A stretch of 64,000 bases of DNA from Amoebidium appalachense. Taxonomy: Eukaryota > Protista > Ichthyosporea. Below are positions 1 through 39,059 of the stretch, in pieces. The position numbers and the translations under genes are program-made. The DNA is taken from NCBI GenBank assembly GCA_963693365.1, contig CAVNZM010000009.1, forward strand, positions 8,785,408 to 8,849,407. Direction: 5' to 3'. The stretch's first letter is position 1; each line of letters begins with the position of its first letter. Under the pieces are notes generated by a model. It worked only from the letters and a program-made list of their open reading frames with translations, was not told where the DNA came from and did not search any database.

Positions 1-211
1 GTACACTTGTAAATATTGGAAAACGAGGAACGGGCTAGAGGTCTACACAACAAAAGTAAAAAACAGAATCTTCTCCTGTTACAGAAGACACAGACACACA
101 CAAGCACATGACAAGCAGTTGAACCTGCAGGCTTATTAATGAGCTTTCCTTCACATTGGCTTTCATTTTGTATTTTATTACATACCTGCACATTCTATAT
201 ACTCACTCACT

Positions 212-1164
212 ATGGACACCCAAACCCACACCGTGACCATGCCTGAGTGGGCCGTTCCTCCTTCGTCACCAAACACCAACACAGCTTCAAATTTCTGGCG
301 GCAGGGGGCACCTCTTGTCACCCTCCTTGTAGGTGAGAAGAAATCCACAACTCCCTCTCTTACAGCACCAAAAACCACCACAGAAACACCGGCGTCAGAC
401 GCACAGACAAACCAACAGGACTGCTATGATATCATAAAAGCACCAAAGGAGTTTTTGTGTGCCATTTCCCCCGCGTTTTCTGCCATACTCGAAACCAAGA
501 ATCAGATCAACAACGCAGAATCTGCATATGTCGAGGGGCAGAAGGGAGAGGTGAGGGTACCAAATTTTGAAACATGTACAGAAGGAATGTTATCTTTCCT
601 TCACATTGCCGCCCCATTACACACATACAATTGGACACCCGAAGACAAAAACAATATCGTACGGTGGCAAACCAGTTGAGCGGAAAACTACAGAAAATCA
701 TCACAAAATCGTGGACAAGTTCGGATAAGTCAACATCGAAAAAACCGTTTTCACCAGAATGAAGGTGGAGATTGTTGGTCCTGAAGTGACCGAACCTCTG
801 TTTGTTCGCTTGGTGGACATTGCAGGATATTACGACGCGAAACTGGTTCTTGAATGGCTTGGTACACGGGTCGGTTCTTCCTCCAGAAACCACAAGTTTT
901 GGAACACCGATGCATGCCTGCACGTGTATGCTGCATTTGGGAGGGCAGAGACTCGGATTGGAGTGGGAGCCGTGGATGTTATGGCGGATTGTAGACAGGG
1001 TTACAATAGAGAGGTTTAATGTCACAAGCCAGGATAAGAACCAATATATTTTGGATTTAAAATATGAGATTAATAAGAAGTGTACAAAGAGACATTGTTG
1101 CCGAGCTCTGGGATGTGACTTTAAAGGGTCGAGCTGTGTAGGGTCAATGCTACTACATACGTGA
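212..1164 (+). pseudogene. Intronless BTB/POZ-domain pseudogene (frameshifts and in-frame stop)
   Basis: The 212-679 frame has BTB-like IIKAPKEFLCAISPAFSAILE and EVRVP. The BTB C-terminal helix LVDIAGYYDAKLVLEWLG lies in another frame (759-1019), preceded by an in-frame TAA near 725. A second shift near 950 leads into the 802-1164 frame. Confidence 0.55.
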
Positions 1165-1600
1165 TTACACATACACTCCTGGTGCATTCGTTCCACTAAG
1201 TATATTCGTTTTTCATGATCAACTTCACAGTTTTGGTTAACGAAAGTTTAATGTACCATACAGTCACCATTGCAAGATTTTTTTGTTGGAAAATCATCTG
1301 CTCATCTCAGGTACCTGTCTTATCCTAAATATATTCTAATATTGTTTCTGACGGTATTTTAAATAGTATTGTATTTGGTATGCCAACGGTTGGTTTTCCT
1401 TGCACGGTTAGAGACTTCCTTTTTGATCACCTTGACTCTATAAGTTAACGGTTGGGCCAATCGTTCACCTAGCTTTGTTAGTGGGAATGGTTGCATGCAT
1501 TTTCTGGTGTGAGCTTATCATCAACTTGCATATGCATGTGCACGCGCATGTGCTTGGGTGTGTGGGTGCTTGCGGGCATGCATTTTTTTTTTCTCTTTTT

Positions 1601-1646
<46 letters not shown>

Positions 1647-1677
1647 AGGGTGGGTTAGGGGTGGGGGTAGGGTGTGT

Positions 1678-1708
<31 letters not shown>

Positions 1709-1715
1709 GGGGGGG

Positions 1716-1846
1716 TTTGAATGCGTCAAAAAGTACGAAGTACACAAGAACAAACGGATAACACGATGCAGAATGGAAGCCATACATAAAGAGTATGCAT
1801 AATTAGCAGAGCCCATCCTCAGGGAGGGCCCACGTCATCCACAGTA
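1716..1846 (-). mobile_element. Diverged short copy of dispersed repeat R1
   Basis: tttgaatgcgtcaaaaagtacgaagtac...gcagagcccatcctcagggagggccca matches the repeat starting at 6329, with internal deletions; flanked by G runs on the + strand. Confidence 0.75.
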
Positions 1847-1851
1847 CCGGG

Positions 1852-1883
<32 letters not shown>

Positions 1884-1989
1884 AGGTGGGGGGAGGGAGG
1901 GACCAAAAAAAAAACGTGTGCGTGTGTTTTTTCTTTTTTCTTTCTTCCTTTTTCTCTGCTTTTCTTTCTTTCTTTTTTTTTTTTTTTTT

Positions 1990-2032
<43 letters not shown>

Positions 2033-2773
2033 AAAAGACGTCACACTGCTATGCTATAGATAAGCATAATTTGTGAATGTTATTGAATAGCGTGACTTTG
2101 AAGTCACATCTTTACACATCATGTCAATGTACTACAGAAGCCCGGAGGGCTACATGGCAACAGAATAACATATGTACAGGCACTGCAATGATATATACAC
2201 GATACACGAAGCTGAATATTCCGTGCTCACACCAGGCAGGGAGCATTCGGAAACACAACCATAACCAACAGAAACCACCAATCCAAATTTCACAATGCCT
2301 ACGGACCCCCCCCCCCCCCCCGGCGCGGGGCAGCCACACAATGAGAAATCATGAGATCCGTTTCTTTAACACCGTTGACTCTATGCTTGTAGTCATGTAC
2401 TCCCTAGGCAGCCCCTGCATTCCCCGAAGTCCACACTGCAAAATCCTGTAAATTCAAACCCAAATTTGAGACTAAACAAAGTGTTCATCGCTTTCACAGG
2501 ATTGCCACAGTGAGTACAAGACCTATCTATTACATGTGTGGGATGTGTATCGGTTGTTGTTTACCGACACAAATATTCAGCGGTAAATATGTATAAATTT
2601 TTAAGTTCTTCTCATAGCAGCCAATCCCTGAAAGTCTAGAAGTCTAGCATGACCGAAATTTGAGCTCAGGACCCCCCGCACCCCCCTCCCTCCCTCCAAC
2701 CCCCCCCCCCCCCCCCCCCCCCAAACTTCCCCCGGGGGCCCACACCTACAGACACAAACACTTTTCGTGTAGT

Positions 2774-2992
2774 TTTTTCAAACACGCCTTAACTAATTAT
2801 CAATACGTACAACATGGTATCATAATACACATGGATAATACACATGGTATATATCACAAGGGAGGGTCACCGGAAGAAATCCTTTTTCAAGTACACCTTA
2901 ACTAATTATCAATACGTACAACATGGTACCATAATACACATGGATAATACACATGGTATATATCACAAGGGAGAGTCACCGGAAGAATCCTT
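2774..2992. repeat. Tandem duplication, about 109-bp unit x2
   Basis: ccttaactaattatcaatacgtacaacatggta...tcaccggaagaa occurs at 2787 and 2896. Confidence 0.9.
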
Positions 2993-3512
2993 CGTAGCAT
3001 GCCGCCCCTGCAGCCTTGCATTCGAGATCAGATAGCGTGGCTCGCTGGGAATTATGGTAGGCAGTCTGGTTGGTCAACCTGTGAGCATAAGAGAGATCAG
3101 GGCATAACACCGGCAAAAAAAAAGAGGGATTTTGTTCAGCGGTTCTTTCCCTTAATCTTTGTGATTCTTGCCTGTCTATTCATTGTTTGCTCCCCTTGCT
3201 CCACAATCTATTGATCCTTTCATGCCTTCCCTTTCTTTCTTTTTGTTCGTGTGCTCTTTTAAGTTGTTTCTGTATAGGTGGGTGGAGGGGAAGGGGAGGG
3301 GGAGAGGGGGAGGAGAGGGGCCGGGGGGGGGGGGGGGGGGGAGGGGGGGGGGGGGGGGGGGAGGAAGGGGGGTAAGGGGCACACAAAGAGTGTGAGTAAC
3401 CACAAATGAAGTGCCTTTCGTTCATGAGTCTCCCCCCCCCCCCCTCCCCCCCTTCCCCCCCTTCCCCCCAACCCTTCAATAAGATAACTTCCATCTTCAC
3501 CGCCTTCTAAAC

Positions 3513-31829
<28,317 letters not shown>

Positions 31830-32199
31830 GGTGAGCTGAATTTGGTACCACTTGTGGTGAAGGTTTTGTGAGACATGAAATTATGGGAGGATCTGTGGTA
31901 CATGCGCGGTTTTGTTTAGGCGTGTATGCGAGGAGGAAAAGGAAAGGAAAGGCCCGTCCGGACGGGCTGAAGTATAAGTTTGAAGGGTTCTAGGAACTTC
32001 AAAAGCTTTACAGGCGCCCCATGCTGTTTGGACCAGCGCATACAGAAACGTGCCTACCCCCGTCTGCACTTGGTAGCCACTCCAATTGTTTACACATACA
32101 CAGTGACAACCGCCAAACTTTGTAAAAAAAAAAAAAGAAAAAAGAAAAAAAAAAAAGGAAGAAAGGAGAGAAGGGGGGAACGGTGCGCGCCAAAACCCA

Positions 32200-32290
32200 C
32201 GGTATCCAATCAAACGTGTTCGCCGTTTTGATTGCCAAATGATTGGCTTCTTTCTGGTTTGCGCAATTAAAATCCTTATGGATTGGCGGT
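32200..32290 (-). promoter_or_regulatory. CCAAT-box cluster upstream of MSH1
   Basis: CCAATC near 32206 and GATTGG near 32240 and 32281, about 400 bp upstream of the ATG; positional inference only. Confidence 0.3.
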
Positions 32291-32618
32291 GTAATCGGTT
32301 TCTGGTGTCTCCTGATCGTATGTGTAATATGTGTCGGGGGCGGTTTACTCGCGGCTGCATATCTATCAATAAGTGCAACCTGTTAGCTCACGTATTAGAA
32401 CCGGAGGTTATTGGCGGTTTTATTCTCTTTTCTTCCTCTCTTCCTCAATATATCCGTTTTAAGATGACTATCCTAGATCACCTTATTAATGCTGCACAGT
32501 ATGATATTGTGATCCGGTGCCTTAACTTTCTTTCGGAGCCTACCGATGCTAGCCTCTGCTTACCCATAATCTGTATAATAGGGGTGTCATATACTACGAT
32601 GGCGCTCATTGTTGCCTA

Positions 32619-32732
32619 GCATGTACATATGTCACTGGCTGCATTTGATTGGCTGCGCTGGAAAACGCAGTAGGCCGTCGAATGTGGCTGGGCCTCCGGT
32701 AGTGTCCACGCAATACTATAACGTGTGTAAAC
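32619..32732. repeat. Dispersed repeat R2 (inverted copy at 59007-59118)
   Basis: gcatgtacatatgtcactggctgcatttgattggctgcgctggaaaacgcagtaggcc... is the reverse complement of 59007-59118 with a few mismatches. Confidence 0.85.
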
Positions 32733-33012
32733 CAATAAAATCATTACGAGCTGGTAGTTGCCAGTTCGACGCTGCCTTCGAGCAGCTTATCCTGGATCTC
32801 ATGGTCCCCATGGAGGGGCGCCGAGGCTCGATCCCGGGTTTCGCTGCGCTCGGCCCGGGGCTCCGGCCCGGGGTCGCCCCCCGTCGGGTTCGCCGGGGCA
32901 CGACCCCAGAAAGTCCTCGCATTACATGGACACGTTCGAAAACCTACATTGGAAAAGCCCGTTCTCCAATTATGTACCGGCTCAATCTTACACGTGCAAT
33001 TCAAATAAATAA

Positions 33013-33207
33013 GGGGGGTTTACGCTGTTTACTCGAGGCAAAGAGAACCAGTCTCAGGTATGGGGGGGGTTTTGCTCGGAATATCCCCTCAGCGGTATAT
33101 CATGATCACGTACATAGATGTCGGGTGGTGACTATATATCAGGGTTTACTTTCTCTACGAGACACCATAAAGACTACAAGGAGAAATCAATTAGTTGGGG
33201 TTCCCCG

Positions 33208-33239
<32 letters not shown>

Positions 33240-33304
33240 TTTTTTTAATTTTAATTTTAATTTTTTTTAAAGGGGCTTCCCTCGGGACACTCGGTATCAG
33301 CTGG

Positions 33305-33359
<55 letters not shown>

Positions 33360-36300
33360 TGTTTGTGTGTGTGTGTGCGCTATAATTTTGTAGTGATGTG
33401 TTTCTCAAGCCAATCAATACATCTAATAAACAGGTCGTAGTTACGCGTGTTTAGTATAAAATCAAGGATGTTGTAATTTACAGGTAGGCTATCTTTCTGG
33501 GTGTCTGTTGTGAATGTGACGTGTGTGTGTTGCGGTATTATGTGGTCTATCAAACTACATTTGGCGATACATGACCGGTTAAACTGGTGTGTGTGTGTGT
33601 TGTTTGGGCATGCAAATGATGCCACCTTATACTTATTAGATCTCCACTGTATAGCACGTGTACAGTAAAAGCGTGGTAATTGATCAATAATACCATCAGC
33701 TAGAGAAAGACCAGTTCTACAGGAAGGTAATATGTATTTAGGTGTTATACACTTGCGAGTGCCATATTTGGCAATATGGTTGAGGCGGTCAGTATATATA
33801 AAACGAGACATAAGGCTTAGTTTTTCAAGGTGTATGCTTTCATCGGGTCTAGTGTCGTGTGGTATCTTTTTCCATTTGTTATATTGCGTGATTATCTTGT
33901 GATTGTGTACATGTTTAATAAGTAAGTGGCAGTCCAAAGTCACACACACACTATTGCGGGGTTTATTTGTATTTGTGCCCAGGGGAGAAGGGGAGAGAGA
34001 GGGGAGGAAAGAGGGGAGAGGTGAGGAGGGGACAGGTCGGATAGAGAAGAGAGGGTGGGAGGGCAAATACTTCTTTAAGCGGCTTATGTGCTTATTGAAT
34101 TTCAGCGCGAGATAGGATACTCTAGCAGCTATTGGGACCAGACCATATATCGAGAGCGTTACAGGCCCAGGTTTACAACAGTTGTTAGATAGAAAGGAGG
34201 CAACTTCTGCTTCAAGGAAATTTGCCAAGGGTTTAAGCGCTCTAGTTCTCTCTTTCTTGATCCAAGCGGCGAGAAGGGGTAAACCATATTCACATGCCGG
34301 GAAGACAAAAGTGCGAATAAATGTAAGTCTAATAGAAGGATGGAGGGGTGTGTCTTTAAAAATATTAGCCGAGAAGAAAGCTAACCGCTTACGAGCCAAC
34401 TCTACCCTCTTTTCGACCATATGGGGAAACATAACACCAACAGAATCAACCGGAACACCAAGATATTTGTATTCTGGAACTATAGGTACAGGTTTAGATG
34501 ATAATGTAAATGTGTGTAAATTGTTAGCTATATCAGGTACAAGAACACCACATTTGTCTATGTTAAGGATCATAGGGTTTGCCTTGCACCACTCTGACAC
34601 TACATCGAACAATCTTTGCAGGCGTCTAGGGGTACGGGCAAGGAGGGACAGATCATCAGCATAGAGAAGTGCAGGCGGAAAGTTATTAATAGGGTCATCG
34701 TTTTCGGCGTAAATCTTGACAGCCAAATCATCTATAAATAGGTTAAACAAAAAGGGGCTAAGCAATGAACCCTGCAAGAGACCTCTAGTACGAGCAAAAC
34801 CATATGAAAGATGCCCATTAACCACAGCTCTACCATAGGTTTGAGACAAGAGTGCTTCTAACAGAACACCAATGCAGTGTGGTACACCCCGTGCAGCAAG
34901 CTTTTCCCATAGGAGACCAGGGGAGACAGAATCGTAAGCAGTTTTCCAATCAATAAAGCCAACATATTGTGCACCAACTTGCATAGAATCGTGCAGTGCC
35001 ATTATTTGAACATAACATGAATTGTTTTTACGAAAAGCGGATTGGCATGGGTGTATGTGAAGAATAGATTGAAACCTAGGGTGGTGTGCAAATAACCTAA
35101 GTAAGCAAGCTTCAAAGAATCTACGAACAACCTGGGTTAGTGTAATGGGGCGAAAGGATGATATGGGGCCCTCAGAGTCCTTCTTAACTATGGGGATCAC
35201 TAAGGTATCTAACCAAGATGACGGGACATGTCCACATTTAACACACCAAGAAAAGAGAGAGCTTGACATGATAGTAAGATCAGGTTTAATAGCACGATCA
35301 CTTTCCTTTTGTGGGTAGGAGGGAACAAGGATTTTAAGAAACCCAGCAGGGAGTCCATCAGGTCCACAAGACTTACTAGAGCTATAACTAGATATCACAG
35401 ACCATATGGCATCGGGGCTGAAAAAGGGGAGGATCGATTCTATGGGGATAGATGGGTCTACAGGCCACACAATAGGTTTCTGAGCGGGGGTCCTATCTTT
35501 AAACAGTTCCGAGAAATACTTATCAGAGTCTATGAGGGGGTCTCCAGTGGTATCACCAATAATACGAGCAGGGGGGCCAAATCGATTCATACTAGCAAGC
35601 CGGCGCAAGCTTTCCTTTTGAGACAGGGGTTCACCTAGTCTAGCGGGAGTGGTGTTTGGTAACAAGAGAGCATCGGGATATTCCTTCCTACCACCGCCAG
35701 CATAATCACCGAGATCTATCAAATCATCAACAATAAAGTTAGTGCATGTATCTAGTACGAGATGTGAATCTGGCCTGGCTTGTGCAGATTCTAATAGGCG
35801 CATATATATAGGGTGTTTCGTAGCATAGCATACACATACATCAACTCTACCCCACTGTGACTTAAGCTGGGATAGACGGAGGCGAAAGGTGGGAGGAGGA
35901 GGGGGGAGCAGATCAAGGGAGATCTTAGGTAGGAAAAGGATAGGAGAGTGGTCAGATGACCTAGAGAGGTTAGGAGGGAGAGAGAGTTTTGACATGGTTG
36001 ATGGCCAAAAGGCCACTCCCCAGTCGGTGTTGTGGGCATGGGATATTTGAGGGAACCGCAAAGTGTGACTTTGGACATACCTTGCTAAAGGGATAGCACG
36101 CTCCGGGGGCTTAGATGGGTACCCGACACTCACTTGCAGTGTGTCTGTGTGGTGGAGTCGCGTGTTAAAATCACCTAAAATAACAGTGGACATTGGTAAC
36201 TGTGACAACTCGTGAGTCAATTCGACAACCGACATAGATGGTGGGTAATATACAAAAGTAAAAACATTAGAAAGAAACTCTATAGAAACCGAGAATTCCG

Positions 36301-36665
36301 TTTTTGCTACCGGTTTGCACTTCACTCTCACGTGTGGTGCGGAAAGTAACACGATCACCAAAGTTTGAATCTCCCGCCAACCGCAGCGCAATTGCATGCG
36401 CAAAGCCAGATCTATTCACCAATCGCGTGCCGACAATAAAAATGTTAAGTCTTACAGGGCACAGAATCGCGGAACGATACAAATGCAATCCGGTTCGATA
36501 AATTGGACTAACCTGGTCCAATCAACAGGCCCAAAACGAGCGAAGAATCATAAAAGGCTATTTAAAGCGCCTAATCAATCTGCCGGGAAACGTAATCGCG
36601 GACATGGCGTCATCAGGGCCTCGGGTTTTCGCCCGGGTGGCTAACGCCCCTCCATGACTAAGTCT
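33013..36665 (-). mobile_element. Non-LTR retrotransposon (LINE), single EN-RT ORF
   Basis: Contains the 1007-aa ORF. The 3' UTR has (CA)n and an A-rich tract, and its terminus GAGTAAACAGCGTAAACCCCCC is shared with the copy at 59123. The 5' limit is approximate. Confidence 0.88.
33380..36403 (-). CDS. APE-like endonuclease + reverse transcriptase of a LINE
   Basis: Endonuclease motifs VYYPP, ILGDFN, SDHSP; RT motifs KSCGPDG, FRPITL, QSAFR, FIDWKTAYDSV, GLLQGSLLSPFLFNLFID, LYADD, YKYLG. The extreme N-terminus is probably frameshifted (NIFIVG lies in the adjacent frame). Confidence 0.92.
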   Translation of the reverse strand: MRMQLRCGWREIQTLVIVLLSAPHVRVKCKPVAKTEFSVSIEFLSNVFTFVYYPPSMSVVELTHELSQLPMSTVILGDFNTRLHHTDTLQVSVGYPSKPPERAIPLARYVQSHTLRFPQISHAHNTDWGVAFWPSTMSKLSLPPNLSRSSDHSPILFLPKISLDLLPPPPPTFRLRLSQLKSQWGRVDVCVCYATKHPIYMRLLESAQARPDSHLVLDTCTNFIVDDLIDLGDYAGGGRKEYPDALLLPNTTPARLGEPLSQKESLRRLASMNRFGPPARIIGDTTGDPLIDSDKYFSELFKDRTPAQKPIVWPVDPSIPIESILPFFSPDAIWSVISSYSSSKSCGPDGLPAGFLKILVPSYPQKESDRAIKPDLTIMSSSLFSWCVKCGHVPSSWLDTLVIPIVKKDSEGPISSFRPITLTQVVRRFFEACLLRLFAHHPRFQSILHIHPCQSAFRKNNSCYVQIMALHDSMQVGAQYVGFIDWKTAYDSVSPGLLWEKLAARGVPHCIGVLLEALLSQTYGRAVVNGHLSYGFARTRGLLQGSLLSPFLFNLFIDDLAVKIYAENDDPINNFPPALLYADDLSLLARTPRRLQRLFDVVSEWCKANPMILNIDKCGVLVPDIANNLHTFTLSSKPVPIVPEYKYLGVPVDSVGVMFPHMVEKRVELARKRLAFFSANIFKDTPLHPSIRLTFIRTFVFPACEYGLPLLAAWIKKERTRALKPLANFLEAEVASFLSNNCCKPGPVTLSIYGLVPIAARVSYLALKFNKHISRLKKYLPSHPLFSIRPVPSSPLPSFLPSLSPSPLGTNTNKPRNSVCVTLDCHLLIKHVHNHKIITQYNKWKKIPHDTRPDESIHLEKLSLMSRFIYTDRLNHIAKYGTRKCITPKYILPSCRTGLSLADGIIDQLPRFYCTRAIQWRSNKYKVASFACPNNTHTHQFNRSCIAKCSLIDHIIPQHTHVTFTTDTQKDSLPVNYNILDFILNTRNYDLFIRCIDWLEKHITTKL

Positions 36666-37311
36666 AGGGGGAACAAAGGTCAGGTTTGGCTGGCGTGGCC
36701 ACGCAGTAAGAAGTCGGAACGAAAAAAATAGGATTTCTTTTCTCCCCCTTTATTGTTTCCTTTCTGTATCTCTTTATTTTTTCCCCCCTCATACAGTTTA
36801 ATAGTTCCCCCCCCCCCCCCCCCCCCCCCCCCTCCATCTTGTCCCCCCAAAGATCATAGGCTAGACGTCACACATACACACCGTGACACATATGTACACG
36901 CACGCACACACACACACACACACACCGTACACGCACACGCACACACATACATACACACGCACGCACACACACACACGCACACACACACACACACATGCAC
37001 GCAGGCACGCAGGCACGCACGCACGCACGCACGCACGCACACACACACAGCCCCCCACACACACATGCAAGCACAAACACACACCACGCACGCGCAGAGT
37101 CTCACCCACACAACTCCTAACTAGAAATCCACCAACTCCTAACTAGAAATCCAACCCATCCCCACACTACAGCACCCATAATATAGCTATAGTGCTTCAC
37201 CTCATCCCACGTGCACGCAATAGATGGCCGCCACAGTTCCCGCCATGGCTGGACTCGAGTATATCAGCATATTAAAGAAAAAACAGGGGCGGCTGAGAGA
37301 GTGATCAGGAG

Positions 37312-37530
<219 letters not shown>

Positions 37531-39059
37531 CTATAGACGCGTTGTGAGAGAGAGGAGGAGGAGAAGAGAGAGAGGGGGAGAGACAGAAGGGGAGCGAGGG
37601 GGAGGCTGGGAGGGAGTGAGGGAGGGAAAGAGAGAGAGAGATGGACGGAGGGAAAGAGAGGGAGGGGGAGGCGGGGGGGGGGGGGGGGGGGAGGGGGGGG
37701 GGGGGGGGGGAGAGAGAGAGAGAGCCTCGGGGAGAGGGAGAGATCTAGAGAGGGGGGGGGGGGGGGGGGGGGGCTCGCATGCATAATGGGGGGGGGGGGG
37801 GGGATTGGGGAGGGTATTATGATCGAGATATTGCACCCATCATACACCTGGATGTGTCACAATGGTTTTAGAGCCTAGAAGACTGGATCCATATTTTCAT
37901 GCCACGGGTTCATGATCAGTCACGTTCGCCCGTCACGTACAGTCGTGGCATTTATTTGAACTGCGCACGTTTCGAATCGTCGGTTTTATAATGTCGAGTG
38001 GCATATCTCAAACCAGCTTCTGATTGGTAGACCTAAAATCCCCAGACATGATTGGTCGAGTTTTGCGCCAATCGTTTCCTTTGCCCAATCATAATCATAC
38101 ATAAACACCAAAAATGGATATTTTGTCATTTTGTTTGGAGTCGAGATCTCAGCTACAGCTCGAAAGCCGAAACACGTACGGAACGTTGTACGCCAGGACT
38201 GGCAAGCCTACAAAGCAATAGGTAGAGGGCCAAAAAAGAAAGAAAGATTGTATATTAAATATTGTTTTCTTTAGTTTGTAAACACCGTCAAGGCTTAGTG
38301 TACTGTGTTTTAGAACATTGGGGATTCTCCGGTGGCACGCTGCACGCACCGACTATGTGCAGGACGGGAACTCACCAAGCCATGAAATGATCATACGTCA
38401 TTCTTAGGTGGTCGCCCCAGCCAAACTCTATAAAAGCAAACATTCTCGCTCTCCTGTGGAACATTCATGTGCTGCTAGCCCTACACAACTCACTTGCTGA
38501 TTTTTGAACACTCTTCGATCAGTGCCCCGCGGGACCCACATGCACCCAAAGTCGGTGGTGTACTGGACAAAATTTTCAACAACAGAAAACGTAACGGTTG
38601 CAAAAAGGAGAGGGTGGAAATCAATCTGAAGCTTCATAACGTTGTCCTCTTTCAGGCGCTGAATTTACACACCCTATCAGTCTCCGCGTTGCAGAAAGAA
38701 ATAGCGCCACCATAGCTTGCCTGAACTCCGGGGTACCAGTCCTCCGTACGTATCAGTGGCAAAAATCATACCCATATATCTGTTTAGTGACCCTATTATA
38801 CTTACAACAGAGTCACCTATTGAACACAAAGCAGGCCAGGTCGGGCTTTGACCTATACATATGATATTATTTCACTGAAAAGACTACATATATAGTATTT
38901 GAAACTCTGAGTCAAATTTATATTTGCTCGAGCGCTGAAAAGCCGCATTCGCCGTTACAGTTGACACCCCGCGGTGTGCATCACCTTGTCAATACAAACA
39001 TCTACTCGTTGTGCCACCACCACCGTGAACAATCACATCCACACACAAAACTTCCGAAA

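Noticed and set aside
2350-3078. Exon-like blocks downstream of MSH1 with AG acceptors
   Set aside because: No recognisable protein; in MSH1 phase they stop quickly, so at most they are alternative terminal exons.
32609-33385. 258-aa plus-strand ORF
   Set aside because: It runs across repeat R2, a GC-rich hairpin and the antisense LINE 3' UTR, with no domain signal.
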